64,000 bases of DNA. It comes from Eledone cirrhosa (taxonomy: Eukaryota). Position numbers and translations under genes: made by a program. This document shows, piece by piece, positions 1 through 12,859 of this stretch. Location: assembly GCA_964016885.1 (NCBI GenBank), contig OZ024742.1:286750001-286814000 (forward strand), given 5' to 3'. The notes below the pieces were generated by a model, which worked only from the letters and a program-made list of their open reading frames with translations, had not been told where the DNA came from and ran no database searches. Numbering within the stretch: position 1 is the stretch's first letter; each line of letters begins with the position of its first letter.

Positions 1-2631
1 CCGGCTGACCGTTGAGGAATACCTGTAGATGCCGTAGCCTCAATGCGTGCCTACGCATCAACAGCCACGGCATACCCAGCCCTCCTTTCGAAGGGTGCTG
101 GCAGCAGATGGATCTCCTCACCATGGGAGGCCGCTTCTTCCAGAGGAACTGGAAGAGCATGCGTTCCATGATGGTGAGCTTTTCCTTGGGGCAAGGCACG
201 ACGGTCAGGCGGTAGTAGATGACGGACGCTATGTAAGCGTTCGTCACCTCCGCCCGACCTTTCAGTGATAGTTTGCACTTGGCCCACTTCTGGGTCAGCG
301 CAAACACCCTGCTCGTCACCTCGCCCCAATTCTTCTCCACCTGGAGGTCCGGTCCGAACCAGACCCCGAGCAGCTTCACCGGGCCCTCCGTCCACCGCCC
401 GACGACACCGTCTAACGGCATCGGTTTGCCCCTCCACGTTCCGAGTTGCAAACCGACTGACTTGTCTTGGTTCAGCTTAGCCCCCGTCAGCCTTTCGTAT
501 TCCTCCAGTAGGGTGGCGATCGCCCCGATTTCCGAGGCGTCCGCCACCATTACTGTTACGTCGTCGGCATAGGCCGAGACCGCTTTGTGCAATCCCGGTT
601 CCAGGGGTATGCCCCGCAGCAACTCCAACTTCCGCAGCAGTGGCTCGAGAGTCAATACGTACAGAAGGGAGGAGAGGGGGCACCCCTGTCTGATGGATCG
701 GGTGATTTGAAACGGCTCCGAGAGGTAGCCGTTTACTTTAATCCTAGAGTAGATGTTGCCACTGTGCATGGCAGAAATCCAGCCCCTGAAAACGGGTCCG
801 AAGCCCGCCGCCGCTAGCACCGCATCCAGGTAACCATGGTCGACCCTATCGAACGCCTTAGATTGATCCAAGTTGATCAGGGCCCCACCAAAGCCGGGTT
901 CGTAGCCAACCCTCTCTATGATGTATCGCATGAGGTGGAGGTTGTCGTGAATGGACCTGGACGGGATAGCGCATGTCTGCGCGTCTCCCACCAAACCACC
1001 CACCACAAGCGCCAACCTCTTCGCCAACACCTTGGCCAAAATCTGTAACTCTGCATTCAGCAGAGTTATGGGCCTAAAGTTACTTAAGTCGTCCCCCTTG
1101 CTCTCGTCCTTCCTCACTAGCGTGACCACACCCTTGGTCACAGAACAGGGAATTCTCCCGTTCTGTTGCCAGTTGCAATAGACAGCCTCGAGGAGTTCGG
1201 AGAACAAGACCGGCATAGCTAAATAAAGTTCGTATGGTAGACCATCGAGACCCGGGGATTTGCGTCTGCTGCATTGGCTGAGCGCTTCCCCGATTTCAGT
1301 GTCTGTGATTGGCCTTTCGCAGCACTCCGCTTCGCCGCTCGAAAGACGCGGTAGACCGTCGAGGTATGGACCGAAGTCCACATCCCCGTCCGGCCCCCCG
1401 CCACCTCCGAACAGTCGAGCAAAGTGCCTTTGAAAGGTCTCGCACATTCGCTCAGGTTCAAGGATCACCCGTCCATCCTGGTCTCGCAAAGACCGAATGG
1501 TGGATTTAATCCCACTCTTGGCTTCTGTCACGCGGGCCCAGCTAACAGCTTTGGTCCCCTCGTTTCCTAAAGCACGTATTTTACTTCGGACAACGCAGCC
1601 TTCGTGCTTCGCGTCAAAGAACTGGCTCAATGCCGTTCTCGTCGCTAACACTCTGGCTACGTCTCCGCTCCTAATCGCCTCTTCTAGTTTATCTGTTAAC
1701 TCCCTTTCCCTCCTATTTCTATTCGCCGCTAGTTCCTTACTGTAACCTATCGAACTTACTCTAATCTCTCTCTTTAGAGATATCCACCACCTACTGTTGA
1801 CGATCGCTCCCGTCAACCGCATCTTAACTAAGCTACTAATCCGGTTTCTGTAATCTTTCTTTGTCGGTAAGGACAAGTTCATCTTCCAGTAACCGGGACC
1901 CTGTCTATGCGTTCTATCAAGGTTGACCACGCAGGTCACTAATTTGTGATCTGAATAGCCAACCATGATCAGTTCTGGACAACTAAATACGTCCCTATCC
2001 TTACTCCTAACCAAAAACCTATCTAGGTACGATCTAGATTGTCCACTGCGGTTTGCCCAGGTCCAGGTTGGCGCAGTTGGACAATCTAGTCGAAATCTAT
2101 CGACCAGGTCGAATCGATCGAGTAACCCCTTGAGGCTGCTATACCCCCCTCTATCGGGACATGCCCCTGCATAGTCCCAACGCGCATCTAGGATTCCATT
2201 CCAGTCCCCCACTAAAAGCAGGGAACGCGACGTTCCTAGAAAAGTCTCCAGACGTTGGAAGAAGTCGGCTCTTTCCGCCCCGAAGGGAGCATAAAGACCG
2301 ACCAGTCTGAAAGCCCCGCCTTCACCGCCTCCGACGTCCAGCACCAGTAATCGACCCCCCGGGTCCGAGTGAACAATCTGTACGTCGAGAGTCAGACGTT
2401 TATCCAGCAGTACGGCAACTCCCCCCCCCCCCCGCCTCCGGGTTGACAGAGAGATGCGTGCATCTCAAAGTCATCGAAGGCGGGCGCCAGCTGTCTCACG
2501 CTGCTGATCCGACTCTCGCAAACAACCATCACATCTATACTTTGTGACCTGAGGTCACTTAGAAGCTTTGCTTGCTTCCAAGCTGAGCCCAGGCCACGCG
2601 CGTTCAAACAGCCAACTCTCAATTGATCTAT
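1..2631 (-). pseudogene. Tx1 ORF2 (APE endonuclease + reverse transcriptase)
   Basis: Manual translation shows one stop-free frame from 2419 to position 2 (absent from the ORF track, apparently because it runs off the window); single frameshift in the C13 run 2421-2433; start position reads ATA (2631-2629) where copy 2 has ATG. Confidence 0.9.
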
Positions 2632-4460
2632 TTTGGTGTTGAAAGTGAAGAAAGAAAAGCACTTACCTCTCCGGGTTGCGTAATTTCCATGGCATCAGGT
2701 GTGTTGGGTGGAGGGATGTTTTGTGGTGGTGTGGGGGTACACGTGTGTGGTGGGGTTGGGGTATTTGGAGTTGTGTCAGGGAGAGGGGCGGTTATGGGGA
2801 AATCTTTCAAGAGGACGCGATTCAACGGTTTTAAACAGGGGGGGCTCACGTCCCGTCTAAATTGTTCTTTTAAGGAACGATAAAGGTCCAGAGGGACCTT
2901 TATCATTTTTAAATGGGTGAAGTTCTCTGTTGAGATAAAGTTTGGCCCTTCGGTCTGCACCATAGGGTTATTGTTTATTAATTTAACCAGTTTTTTGTTT
3001 TCTTTATTTATATATGTGTATTGCAACGTCTTTTTTTGTGATGCTGTCAATGTTTCGGAGAGGGGAGGCGCAGATTTATTTTTGTTTGTTGAGGGTGGGG
3101 TGTTTTTGATTGGAGTTGGTGTTTGTGTGTGGGTTATTTGTGGTGTGCTGGGTGTGTGTTTTCTTTTTTTTCTTTTAACTTGTCTGAAGGCTTCTCCTCC
3201 TTCTTCTTCAGAAGTTGGGGGAAACTCTTCAGCGCTAGGTGGGAGGGACGTGTTGTGTGGTTGTTTTTTTTTGCGGGAATGGGGTAGATTTGTTACTGTT
3301 TTTTTTATTATTTGTTTGGAATGGGTTTTGTGGTGGTGGTGGTAATGTTTGTGTCGTGCTTGTGGTTGGTGATGGTGGTGGTGATGTTTGTGTTGTGGTT
3401 GGTGGTGGTGATTTTTGTGTCGTGCTTGTGTTTGGTGCTGGTGGTGGTGATGTTTGTGTTGTGTTTGTGGTTGGTGGTGTCTGTATTTTGTTTGCTGTGT
3501 GTGGTATTAGTGTATTTTTGGAGGTGGGTGGTGTTGGTGTACTGTTTGTGGTGGGTGTGGGCAATAGTCCTTTTTTGGGGATACGTTTCGGGCAGTTAGC
3601 CTTAACGTGTCCCCTTTCCATGCATAAATAGCATGCTGGTCTTCTCCCCTCTACAATTATGTCTATTGGGGTAAGGTCATCCAGCCAGATGCGATCCGGG
3701 ATTTGTGCTATTCTTTCGGGCCTCATTTGGACTAGTATGTCGAGGCCCATTCCCAGGAACGCATCTCCAGTTGCCTTCCCCATTGACAGCATTGTGTCTT
3801 CGCCCATATCAATGAAGCCAGCAATAGCCCACCAGAAGTCCATTGTGGGCAGCATTGTTTTTACTTTTACTCTCTGTGTTCTTCTACCCATGTAGGAGGG
3901 ATAGAAGCTATATGTTGTCGACGAGAGTGGGCTTGGGAAAGCTTCTCCGCCGTTTCTTTGTCTCTTGTTAGGACCGAAATGCTGCCATAGAGTCGGTCCT
4001 TTCGTATGAAGAGAATATTCTTCATATAGTCTTTTAGGACTAACTCTATTTCCATTTGGCTGGGCTGTGCTGGCTTTCTTGTCTGGTTCAGTATAGTTCT
4101 GTAGAGAACTGTGTTTTCTGCTCTGGCTTTCTTGAATTCTGGGGGGGAGTTAATGGAAAACATTCCGTTCTCCCTCAAAACAATGTGTTTCTTTGCTTCG
4201 GCCAGTTTTTCTCTGGCGGCAGTTAGGTCAATTGGTGTGTATGTAATGGATTGTTTTGTTTTCTGGGCGAAAGTTGCCCTGTCGTTATTTGTATTATTTT
4301 CTGTTTGTTTGTTTTCTGTTTGCTCATTTTCCTTAACATTTGTTTTTTCATTTTGTTTGTTTGTTTCAATGTCTAATTTTGTTGTAATTATTTTTTGTTC
4401 TTCAGACTTGGGGGGCGTGGCAGAGCTAATGGCAGACATGTCTGCCATCTTTTCCGCCAT
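2628..4460 (-). pseudogene. Tx1 ORF1 (gag-like, zinc knuckle, Thr/Pro-rich linker, conserved C-terminal domain), two frameshifts
   Basis: ORF pieces 3867-4487, 3235-3891 and 2628-3050 align colinearly with copy 2 ORF1; frame changes near 3930 and probably at the T-run 3264-3272. Confidence 0.85.
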
Positions 4461-5053
4461 GCTGCCAAGAAAGAAATTTTTCGGCAAAAATAGATATTTA
4501 TTTTACCCCCTAAAAAGGGGGTAAATGCAAAAATGTTTCCCTAAATAACAGGGGTTAGTGTTCCAAATGTGTTGCACTAAAAAATTTATCCGGTACTTAC
4601 AATAGTAAGGGTAAATCCCGATGGAATAGCGGAGCCGATGCGAAGCGTGTCTTACTCTATCAAGATAGATAGATAGATAGATATACAATTAAGTTTAAAC
4701 AAGTTGATAAAAAGGCAAAGATAATCTTAAACGCTCAATCTGATTTTGTAGTTTTTCACTGTTGCGTTGAACATGTAAGGAATGTGTTTAATTTGTGTTT
4801 GATCGATTCTAGAGAGTTATTCTAACAGGGATGGAATATTCTTGTTAGTCTAACGAAACGGTTGTAAATCAATTAAACGCTTTTATTTAAATCCTTGTTA
4901 ATCTTTGTTTATATATATATATATCTCGTATATATATATATAATTGTTTCTACTTTAGGCACAATATATATATAATGACAAACAAACAAACACACGTAGA
5001 AGCCAATGGCACATAGTATTATTACCTTCACGCTTGGTGAAAATCGAGTGGGG

Positions 5054-5113
<60 letters not shown>

Positions 5114-5180
5114 AGTGCTACCTAACTCGTCCTATGGACTGAGTGCTCTACCACTACGGATATTACCTTCCAGTGTTCTA

Positions 5181-5238
<58 letters not shown>

Positions 5239-5574
5239 CATGGTGAATATGGAAGTATTGTAAAATGTTATTAATTATGTTATTGCTATTATGCGTATTT
5301 CTATGGCATCAATTATGTAAGTAATACGATCTCGTCAGATACCCATTATATAATTATCCTTACTGCGATGTGTTCCGGGAGAGTGTTTTCGATGTTGTCA
5401 TCTTAAACCCAGCAAATAAATAAATACAACGGAGGTCCATTGATCGCTACAGGAAGACCCGTCTTATAACTTTCTCATCACCCACACGGTCACACATCAA
5501 ATATGGGGTTTTGTGACAAAAATGGCTTCTAAATCAGGCACACGACCAACAAATTTAAAGAAAGAATAAGCCAA

Positions 5575-5720
5575 TTAAATTGATCCTAATACTTTATTGG
5601 TATTTTATTTTACTTACTTTGGAAGGTTGAAAGGCAAACTTTGGCGGATTTGAACTTACAGCGCCAGAAGAAAGGACTATAAAGTATTTGTCCGGTGCTC
5701 TATCGGTTCTACCAATCCAT
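5575..5720 (-). mobile_element. tRNA-derived SINE family A, degenerate
   Basis: Reverse complement carries GGATTGGTAGAACCGATAGAG head, GTTCAAATCCGCC B-box and TTTGCCTTTCAACC domain. Confidence 0.6.
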
Positions 5721-6157
5721 CAGTTTTCTGACAATATTAAAGAAAAAATGTTTAACTCGGGGGAAATAGCTGCATAATGTATTTTAGGCCTAATGTCTGT
5801 AGTCAGAGGGAGCATACACATGCATACACATACATCTATACAATCACTCCCATACATACATAAGCATACACGTACACATACATATATACATATCCTTACA
5901 TACATACAGTACACACATACACTACACACACACATACATACACACATTCTTATAATCATTCCCTTATAGACACGCATACATTCTCTCACATATACAAACA
6001 TACCCTTACTCATCATACCCATACACACATACCCTTACACACATACACACTTATATACCACCCTTACACTCACTCACCTTTATGCACACATAGGCAGGCG
6101 CACACATACACAGACACACGCATACACATTCAAGCATACTCATACACACATACCTAT

Positions 6158-6198
<41 letters not shown>

Positions 6199-6360
6199 AG
6201 TATTCACACATTCGCATATATACAAACGCCCATACACACATATACACATAGACACAGACACGCACATGCGTATATTGGAATGAGGAGGAGGGGGGGGGGG
6301 GTGAGGAAATGAGGAAGGGGTAATGAGGAGAGGAGGGGAGGAGAAGCAGGAGGGGCGATC

Positions 6361-6474
6361 ACGATGATGATGACGACGACGACGACGACGATGATGATAA
6401 TGATAATGACGACGACGACGATGATAATGATGATGATGATGATGATAATGATGATGACGACGACGACGATGATA

Positions 6475-6505
<31 letters not shown>

Positions 6506-6570
6506 CGACGACGACGATGATAATGATGATGATGATGATGATGACGAGGCGGAGGAGGAGGAGGAAGAGG
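6361..6570. repeat. (GAT/GAC)n and (GGA)n trinucleotide microsatellite
   Basis: Directly visible. Confidence 0.95.
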
Positions 6571-6744
6571 AAGATTTGATAAGATAAATGTGGAATTGCA
6601 ATACTGAGAGATGTAAAAAGAAAAGTTTTTTTTTGGGTCCTGAAAGAAACGTGACAAGGGTGGAGTTTAGAGAACATGGTTTGAGTCAACAGTTTGTGAA
6701 GGGAAACTACAGCCTGTGTGTCTGGCTACGTACTGGTGTATATG

Positions 6745-6749
6745 TCTGT

Positions 6750-6817
<68 letters not shown>

Positions 6818-7015
6818 CTCTGTGTCTGTGTCTCTCTCTCGCTCTCTGTCTCTGTGTGTGTGTGTCTCTGTCTGTGTGTGTCTCTCTCTCTCTGTATCTG
6901 TGTTTGTGTGTCTTCTCTCTCTCTGTCTCTGTGTGTGTGTGTCTCTCTCTCTCTCTGTCTCTGTGTGTGTGTGTCTCTGTGTGTGTGTGTGTCTCTCTCT
7001 CTCTCTCTGTCTCTG

Positions 7016-7056
<41 letters not shown>

Positions 7057-7208
7057 GTGTGTGTGTGTCTCTGTGTTTCTCTGTGTGAGTGTCTCTCTCT
7101 CTCTCTGTCTCTCTCTCTCTCTGTCTGTGTGTGTGTGTGTCTCTGTGTCTGTGTCTCTCTCTGTGTGAATCTGTGTGTGTGTCTCTCTCTCTCTCTGTCT
7201 CTCTCTCT
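6745..7208. repeat. (CT)n/(GT)n compound microsatellite
   Basis: Directly visible; runs into the assembly gap. Confidence 0.95.
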
Positions 7209-7408
7209 NNNNNNNNNNNNNNNNNNNNNNNNNNNNNNNNNNNNNNNNNNNNNNNNNNNNNNNNNNNNNNNNNNNNNNNNNNNNNNNNNNNNNNNNNNNN
7301 NNNNNNNNNNNNNNNNNNNNNNNNNNNNNNNNNNNNNNNNNNNNNNNNNNNNNNNNNNNNNNNNNNNNNNNNNNNNNNNNNNNNNNNNNNNNNNNNNNNN
7401 NNNNNNNN
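7209..7408. other. Assembly gap (200 N)
   Basis: Run of N. Confidence 1.
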
Positions 7409-7727
7409 CTCAAAGAGACGTAACTACATGCCACAAAGTTCGTTGTCGGACGCTTTTCCGACACTGTGAATCCACCGCCCTAAGTCAAACTGTAATAATA
7501 TAATTTGTTAATACACATATATACAATTGTTGTGGTACAATGAGTGAGAGTCAATCAGAACTTAATGAAGTACGTATTTATGTGAAGTTAGACGAGGAAA
7601 AAGTGAGAAACATAAAATCACTTGTAAAAGCGGTCCATATCCGGCAATCCTGGTATATATCATATACCAATTCCAGATTTCAAAAATTAACTACGTTTAG
7701 GTTTAAAGCTATTATTACTGTCAAGAT

Positions 7728-8130
7728 GGCGGTGGATTGGCAGTATCGGTAGAAGGTCAGACGCCATGCTTTGCAGTATAGAGTTACGTCCCTTTACGGT
7801 CTCCGTTCAAATCCCGCCGAGGTTAACTTTCCCTTTCATCCTTACGGGGTCGATAAAATAAAGTACCAGTAATGCACTGGGATAATTGCTGGGCTTGTGC
7901 CAAACGTAGAAACAATTATTAACGACAAGGGCAGTGGATTGGCAGTATAGGTAAGAGCGCCGGATACAATGCTTCATGGCATAAAGATACGTCCCTTTAT
8001 GTTCTGAGTTCAAATCTCACAAAGGTTAGCTTTGCCTTTCATCTTTACGAGGTCGATAAAATAAAGTGCCTGTAATCGATTTAATCGACATTCCTTTCCC
8101 AGGGCTTGCGCCTAAATCAGAAACCATTAT
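7728..8130 (+). mobile_element. Two head-to-tail SINE family A copies
   Basis: GGCRGTGGATTGGCAGTAT head, GTTCAAATC B-box, CCTTTCATCCTTACGGGGTCGATAAAATAAAGT central domain, AGAAACMATTATT tail, twice. Confidence 0.85.
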
Positions 8131-8387
8131 TGACGACACGGGTTCACTAGTTTTAAATATTTCTCATACGGAATTTATTAAGTAACAACCCAAATAGTTG
8201 AACTTCTAAATTAAAGTAATATAGACGACATTTAACGATATCGGCTGCCATTATCTCAAACTATTTCACACCAAACTTAACACTCACTTAAACTACATAT
8301 TTTACTTCATTTTTTCCTTCATTTTTGCTCTTTCCATAATCTATTTTTTCTTTTGTTTTATTTATCATTATTGTTGTTGTTGCTATT

Positions 8388-8830
8388 CGTGTGGGACGAA
8401 CCCGACTGTCAACTGACTCCGTCGTCAAAATCGCCCCGCCGTCATTCTTTAGCCAGGAAGGGCAGGCTGTTTTTGTCTGTCTGGTGGCCATGGCGAAAGA
8501 GGTCTTATGGTGGACGCGTTTGAAAGGGCTGAAATCGGGCACTTACCTTTTCGCTGAACCCCTGATTAACTTCTTCAGGTTTCACTTGAAGAGGAAAATC
8601 AGGGGTAGGAAGAGCTACCTACAAAGAAATTTGTTGAAAGGTGGGTGAAAGAGGTTAGAATGGCCCGAGTGAATGGGCTTGCTCTGAGCGTGTGTGCGTA
8701 GATTGAGGGAGGGCACCTGGAAGAGGGCACTTGCTCTGACAGTCAGGGCGACTGTGGTTTTTGTGGGCTTTCTCCACGAGTAACCCTAGGAGGTCTCCTC
8801 CTATTGGGGAATTTTCTTTAGTTCTATGTT
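8388..8830 (+). mobile_element. 3' fragment of a related Tx1 subfamily (end of ORF2 + 3' UTR)
   Basis: Translation RLSTDSVVKIAPP...AKEVLWWTRLKGLKS...FFRFHLKRKIR matches copy 2 ORF2 C-terminus (33630-33940); followed by (GGT)n(AGT)n. Confidence 0.85.
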
Positions 8831-8864
8831 ATTGGTGGTGGTAGTGGTGGTAGTGGTGGTGGTG

Positions 8865-8939
<75 letters not shown>

Positions 8940-9063
8940 TTTTATTTCATTTCTTACTAACCTATTTTATTCGTCTCACATCTTGATTTCTTTTACTTTC
9001 CCCAGTCTGAACATGCATAGACAGGCTGTATGTGTGTGGTAGAAACCATATATATACATATAT

Positions 9064-9134
<71 letters not shown>

Positions 9135-9144
9135 CATATGTATA

Positions 9145-9197
<53 letters not shown>

Positions 9198-10029
9198 TAT
9201 ATATGGGTGACATTTTTGCAGCTTGTAAGTCTGTATGTGCGTGTGCCTGGGTGGTTATGGGTGTGTCATAGTCTGGAGGTCATATGTATGTATGTATGTG
9301 TGTGTGTGTTTGTGTGTGTGTGTAAAAGTAATAAAACCGGTGAAAGGAAATATACACTGAGAGAAGAAGGGAGAGGATAGAGTGGAGGCAGAAAATATAT
9401 ATTAAGTTTTCATCTACACCACCACCATCACCACCACTACCATTACCACCACCACTACCACCACCACCACTACCACTACCACCACCACTACCACTACCAC
9501 CACCACCACTACCACTACCACCACCACCACCACCACTACCACCACCACTACCACAACTGCCACCTCCACAACTACCAACATCACCACCACCTCTTACAAT
9601 ACCATCCTCACCACCACCTCTCTCTCCCCACGTCCTATCTTCTCTCTCCCCACCACAATCTCTCTCCCCCTCCTCTATCTCCAACACCACCTCCATCCCC
9701 CCTCTCTTCTCTTTCCACCACTACCTTCCTCTTCCTCCTCCTCCTCTCTCCCCTCTCTCTCCTTCCTCTATCCCCCTCTCTCTTTATTTCCGTCCCACTA
9801 ATAATGTTTGATTCTACTGATCCACTGACCCACATACCTTCACTGAAACGATGTGGTTTTATTTTCTTAGTCTACCTCTCTCTCATTCTCTCATTCTCTC
9901 TCACTCTCTCTCTCCTCTCCCTCCTCTCTCTCACACACACTTTCCCTCTCTCTCTCTTTCTCTTTCTCTCTCTCACCTTCTTTTCTCAAATCACCGCATT
10001 CCTAAACACAACTTTTATTTGTCATGAAG

Positions 10030-10150
10030 GGACATAGTTTAGTGGAAAGAGAGTTGGATTCACAAACGTGTGGTTTCGTTTCTCGGACCGGGCGTTGTGC
10101 TGTGTTCTTCAGCAAGACACTTTATTTAACGTTGCTCCAGTTAACTCTCT
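10030..10150 (+). mobile_element. SINE family B fragment (single 45-bp core unit)
   Basis: TGTGTTCTTCAGCAAGACACTTTATTTAACGTTGCTCCAG matches the core of the copies at 12860 and 26290. Confidence 0.65.
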
Positions 10151-10236
10151 AGAACAAAAGTGTGGGGATGGTCATCTAACCAACAAAACATAATGACGCT
10201 GTTCGCTTGCAAACAAATCGAATATTATTATCATAA

Positions 10237-10620
10237 GGGCGGTGGATTGACAGATTGGTAGAGGGTCATACGTCATGCTTTGCAACATAGAGTTACGGCC
10301 CTTTATGATCTGAGTTCAAACCCCACCGAAGTTAAATTTGCCTTTCATCCTTACGGGGTCGATAAAATAAAGCACCAGTAACGTACTAGGGTCGATTTAA
10401 TCGACTTTCCCCTCTCCCTAAATTACTGGCCTTGTGCCTATACTAGAAATCATTATTATTTGATATATGGGCGGTGGATTGGCAGTATTGGTAGAGGGTC
10501 GGACGCCATGATCTGAAGTTAACTTTGTCTTTCATCCTTACGGGGTCGATAAAATAAAGCACCAGTAATGTATTGGGAAATTGCTGGCCTTGTGCCAAAA
10601 GTAGAAACAATTATCATTTG
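10237..10620 (+). mobile_element. Two head-to-tail SINE family A copies (second internally deleted)
   Basis: Same head, B-box (first copy), central domain and tail motifs as 7728-8130. Confidence 0.85.
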
Positions 10621-10998
10621 ATATAAAACTCACGAATACATTTTACGTATCCACTATGTTAGAGCGAGAAACCAAATTCTAAAATCAATACGATTTTTTT
10701 TTTCCTATTTCTGTCCACCAATGTGTGACTGGCATATCATCGTTGTATTATATATCGATATGTTGAAATTTAGATGAGTTAGATGTGACAAATCTGACAG
10801 GAAGAACAACGTAAAAACAGCTATTTTAAGAATTAGTATTTACGTTTCTTTATGCAAATTCATTGCTTGCCAACCCGCTTTTCTTATGCCTTATATATCT
10901 ATATTTCTACGCATGGTCTTGGATACATGGTTTGTCTCGAAATTATTATATCTTATGTATATACACATATATTATATCGTGTTTGTATATATATATAT

Positions 10999-11870
10999 AA
11001 TGCTGGCAAATTCCAAGCCCTACAATACAAACCTGCAAACACAAATACAGTACAACACAGTTACGCAGGACCAGGAGGAACTGATATCCCCGTATCAAAA
11101 TCGATACGAGACCTGGGTATAGACATGAGCGATGATGCATCTTTTTCCTCACACATCATGAAATTGGCGACAATGTGCAGACGACTCGCTGATTGGATCT
11201 TGAGGACTTTCCGGACAAAAGACCGAGACACCATGTTAACACTATGGAGGACTTTTGTCCTAAGCCGCCTGGACTATTGCTCCCAGTTGTGGTCACCCCA
11301 TAGTGTCAAACTAACCACGGAGCTTGAGGCAATCCAGCGAAGCTACACCAAGAGGATTGCCACGATGAAGGAGATAAGCTACTGGGAGAGGCTAAAAGAA
11401 CTGAACCTCTACTCCTTGGAACGAAGACGGGAGAGATACGCAGTGATCTACATGTGGAAAATCCTGGAGGGACTAGCACCAAACTTTGGCATTGGGAGCT
11501 GGACCAACCGTCGTACAGAACGTCACTGTGTGGTGCCAAAGGTCCCGTCTTCCACATCTAGAATAAGGAGCAGATATTACAATAGCCTGGGATTCAAGGG
11601 CCCTCAACTCTTCAACAAGCTGCCGAGGGATCTGAGAGATATGCATGGTGTGGTGGTGGATGTCTTCAAGAAACATCTCGACACCTTGCTATCTAGGATC
11701 CCGGATGAGCCCACAGCAAGGCACGAGGGAAACCTAAGGGCAGCAGCAAAAAACTCCCTCTTACACCAGTGGCCAACCAATACAGGCTGGAGATAAAATG
11801 TGTAGCAACAAGGGCGGTGCCCCAGCATGGCCTCAGCCGGATGGCTGGAACAGGTAAAAGAGTAAAAGAG
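10999..11870 (+). mobile_element. 5'-truncated CR1-clade LINE (RT C-terminus, 3' UTR, (TAAAAGAG)n tail)
   Basis: Open frame with IRDLGI, SRLDYCSQLWSP, LEAIQRSYTK, SYWERLKELNLYSLERRRER motifs typical of CR1/L2-group RT C-termini; inserted in a (TA)n-rich tract with TATCTTATGTATATA on both sides. Confidence 0.9.
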
Positions 11871-11974
11871 ATATATATCTTATGTATATATATATATATA
11901 TATATCTTATGTATATATATATATCTTATGTATATATATATATATATCTTATGTATGTATATATATATCTTATG

Positions 11975-12017
<43 letters not shown>

Positions 12018-12020
<3 letters not shown>

Positions 12021-12074
12021 GAAATTTGTTGTTTTTTTTACAAATTTCTACAAATTTCAGACTTGATGACCCAA
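12018..12074. mobile_element. Partial copy of the 82-bp mariner-like palindromic MITE
   Basis: Matches the central and right part of 18871-18952, ends CCCAA|TA. Confidence 0.7.
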
Positions 12075-12122
12075 TATATAAATATATATATATATGCGTG
12101 TGTGTCTGTGTGTGTGTGCGTG

Positions 12123-12153
<31 letters not shown>

Positions 12154-12158
12154 GGAGA

Positions 12159-12198
<40 letters not shown>

Positions 12199-12343
12199 CA
12201 TACATACACACACATTTGTTCAAGAGCAAAGGGCATCAAGTTTAAGTTAATATTCAAAATATAATAATCCTTTTCAACACTGTAATAACAATATAAAAAT
12301 ATTTTTGTATAGCCCCTTGCCATGACAATAAATATATCTGTGT

Positions 12344-12405
<62 letters not shown>

Positions 12406-12749
12406 CATATATATCCATCCATACACACACACATATATATATAACGGGAGGAGTAGTTGGCTTTGATAAGCATCAATAAATGCAGAAACAAGGCCTTGTC
12501 AGCTTTATCTCCCCCTGTTTGCTGAAATTAAAATAAGTGAGTCTGTCACTACTCTAAAACAATAGCATAAGGTCTTCAAAATGCTTTTTATTAAGCATAC
12601 AGTGTATTGCAAAATACACTGTATATACATTCATATATATATATATCCTCTTCGCCCAATTATTCCTGAGAGGGTCGTGGGGGCAGAGTCTACGAAGACT
12701 CAATCCAGCTGGTCATTACAGAAGCAACCATCTCCAATTGATCCGGCTG

Positions 12750-12830
<81 letters not shown>

Positions 12831-12859
12831 GTGCCTCCGTTATTTCCAGAATTGCCTAT

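Larger units (their letters stand above)
1..4661 (-). mobile_element. Tx1/L1-clade non-LTR retrotransposon, copy 1 (appears 5'-complete, 3' part runs off the window)
   Basis: ORF1 with CCHC knuckle (CYLCMERGHVKANC), ORF2 with APE endonuclease (LNARGL, GDWN, YLDR, SDH) and RT (KSPGLDG, NFRPITLLN, DQSKAFD, RQGCPLSP, YADD); ~200 bp 5' UTR ending at a (GATA)n tract at 4664-4682. Confidence 0.95.

Noticed and set aside
12-2174. Plus-strand ORFs over Tx1 copy 1 (and minus-strand ORFs over copy 2)
   Set aside because: Antisense shadows of the LINE ORF2 coding frame
5285-5350. Minus-strand CTGACGA...GAAA as a hammerhead ribozyme
   Set aside because: Stem II and stem I do not pair convincingly
7728-7830. 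SINE heads as functional tRNA genes
   Set aside because: A/B boxes are present but there is no cloverleaf, and they are followed by SINE body and tail
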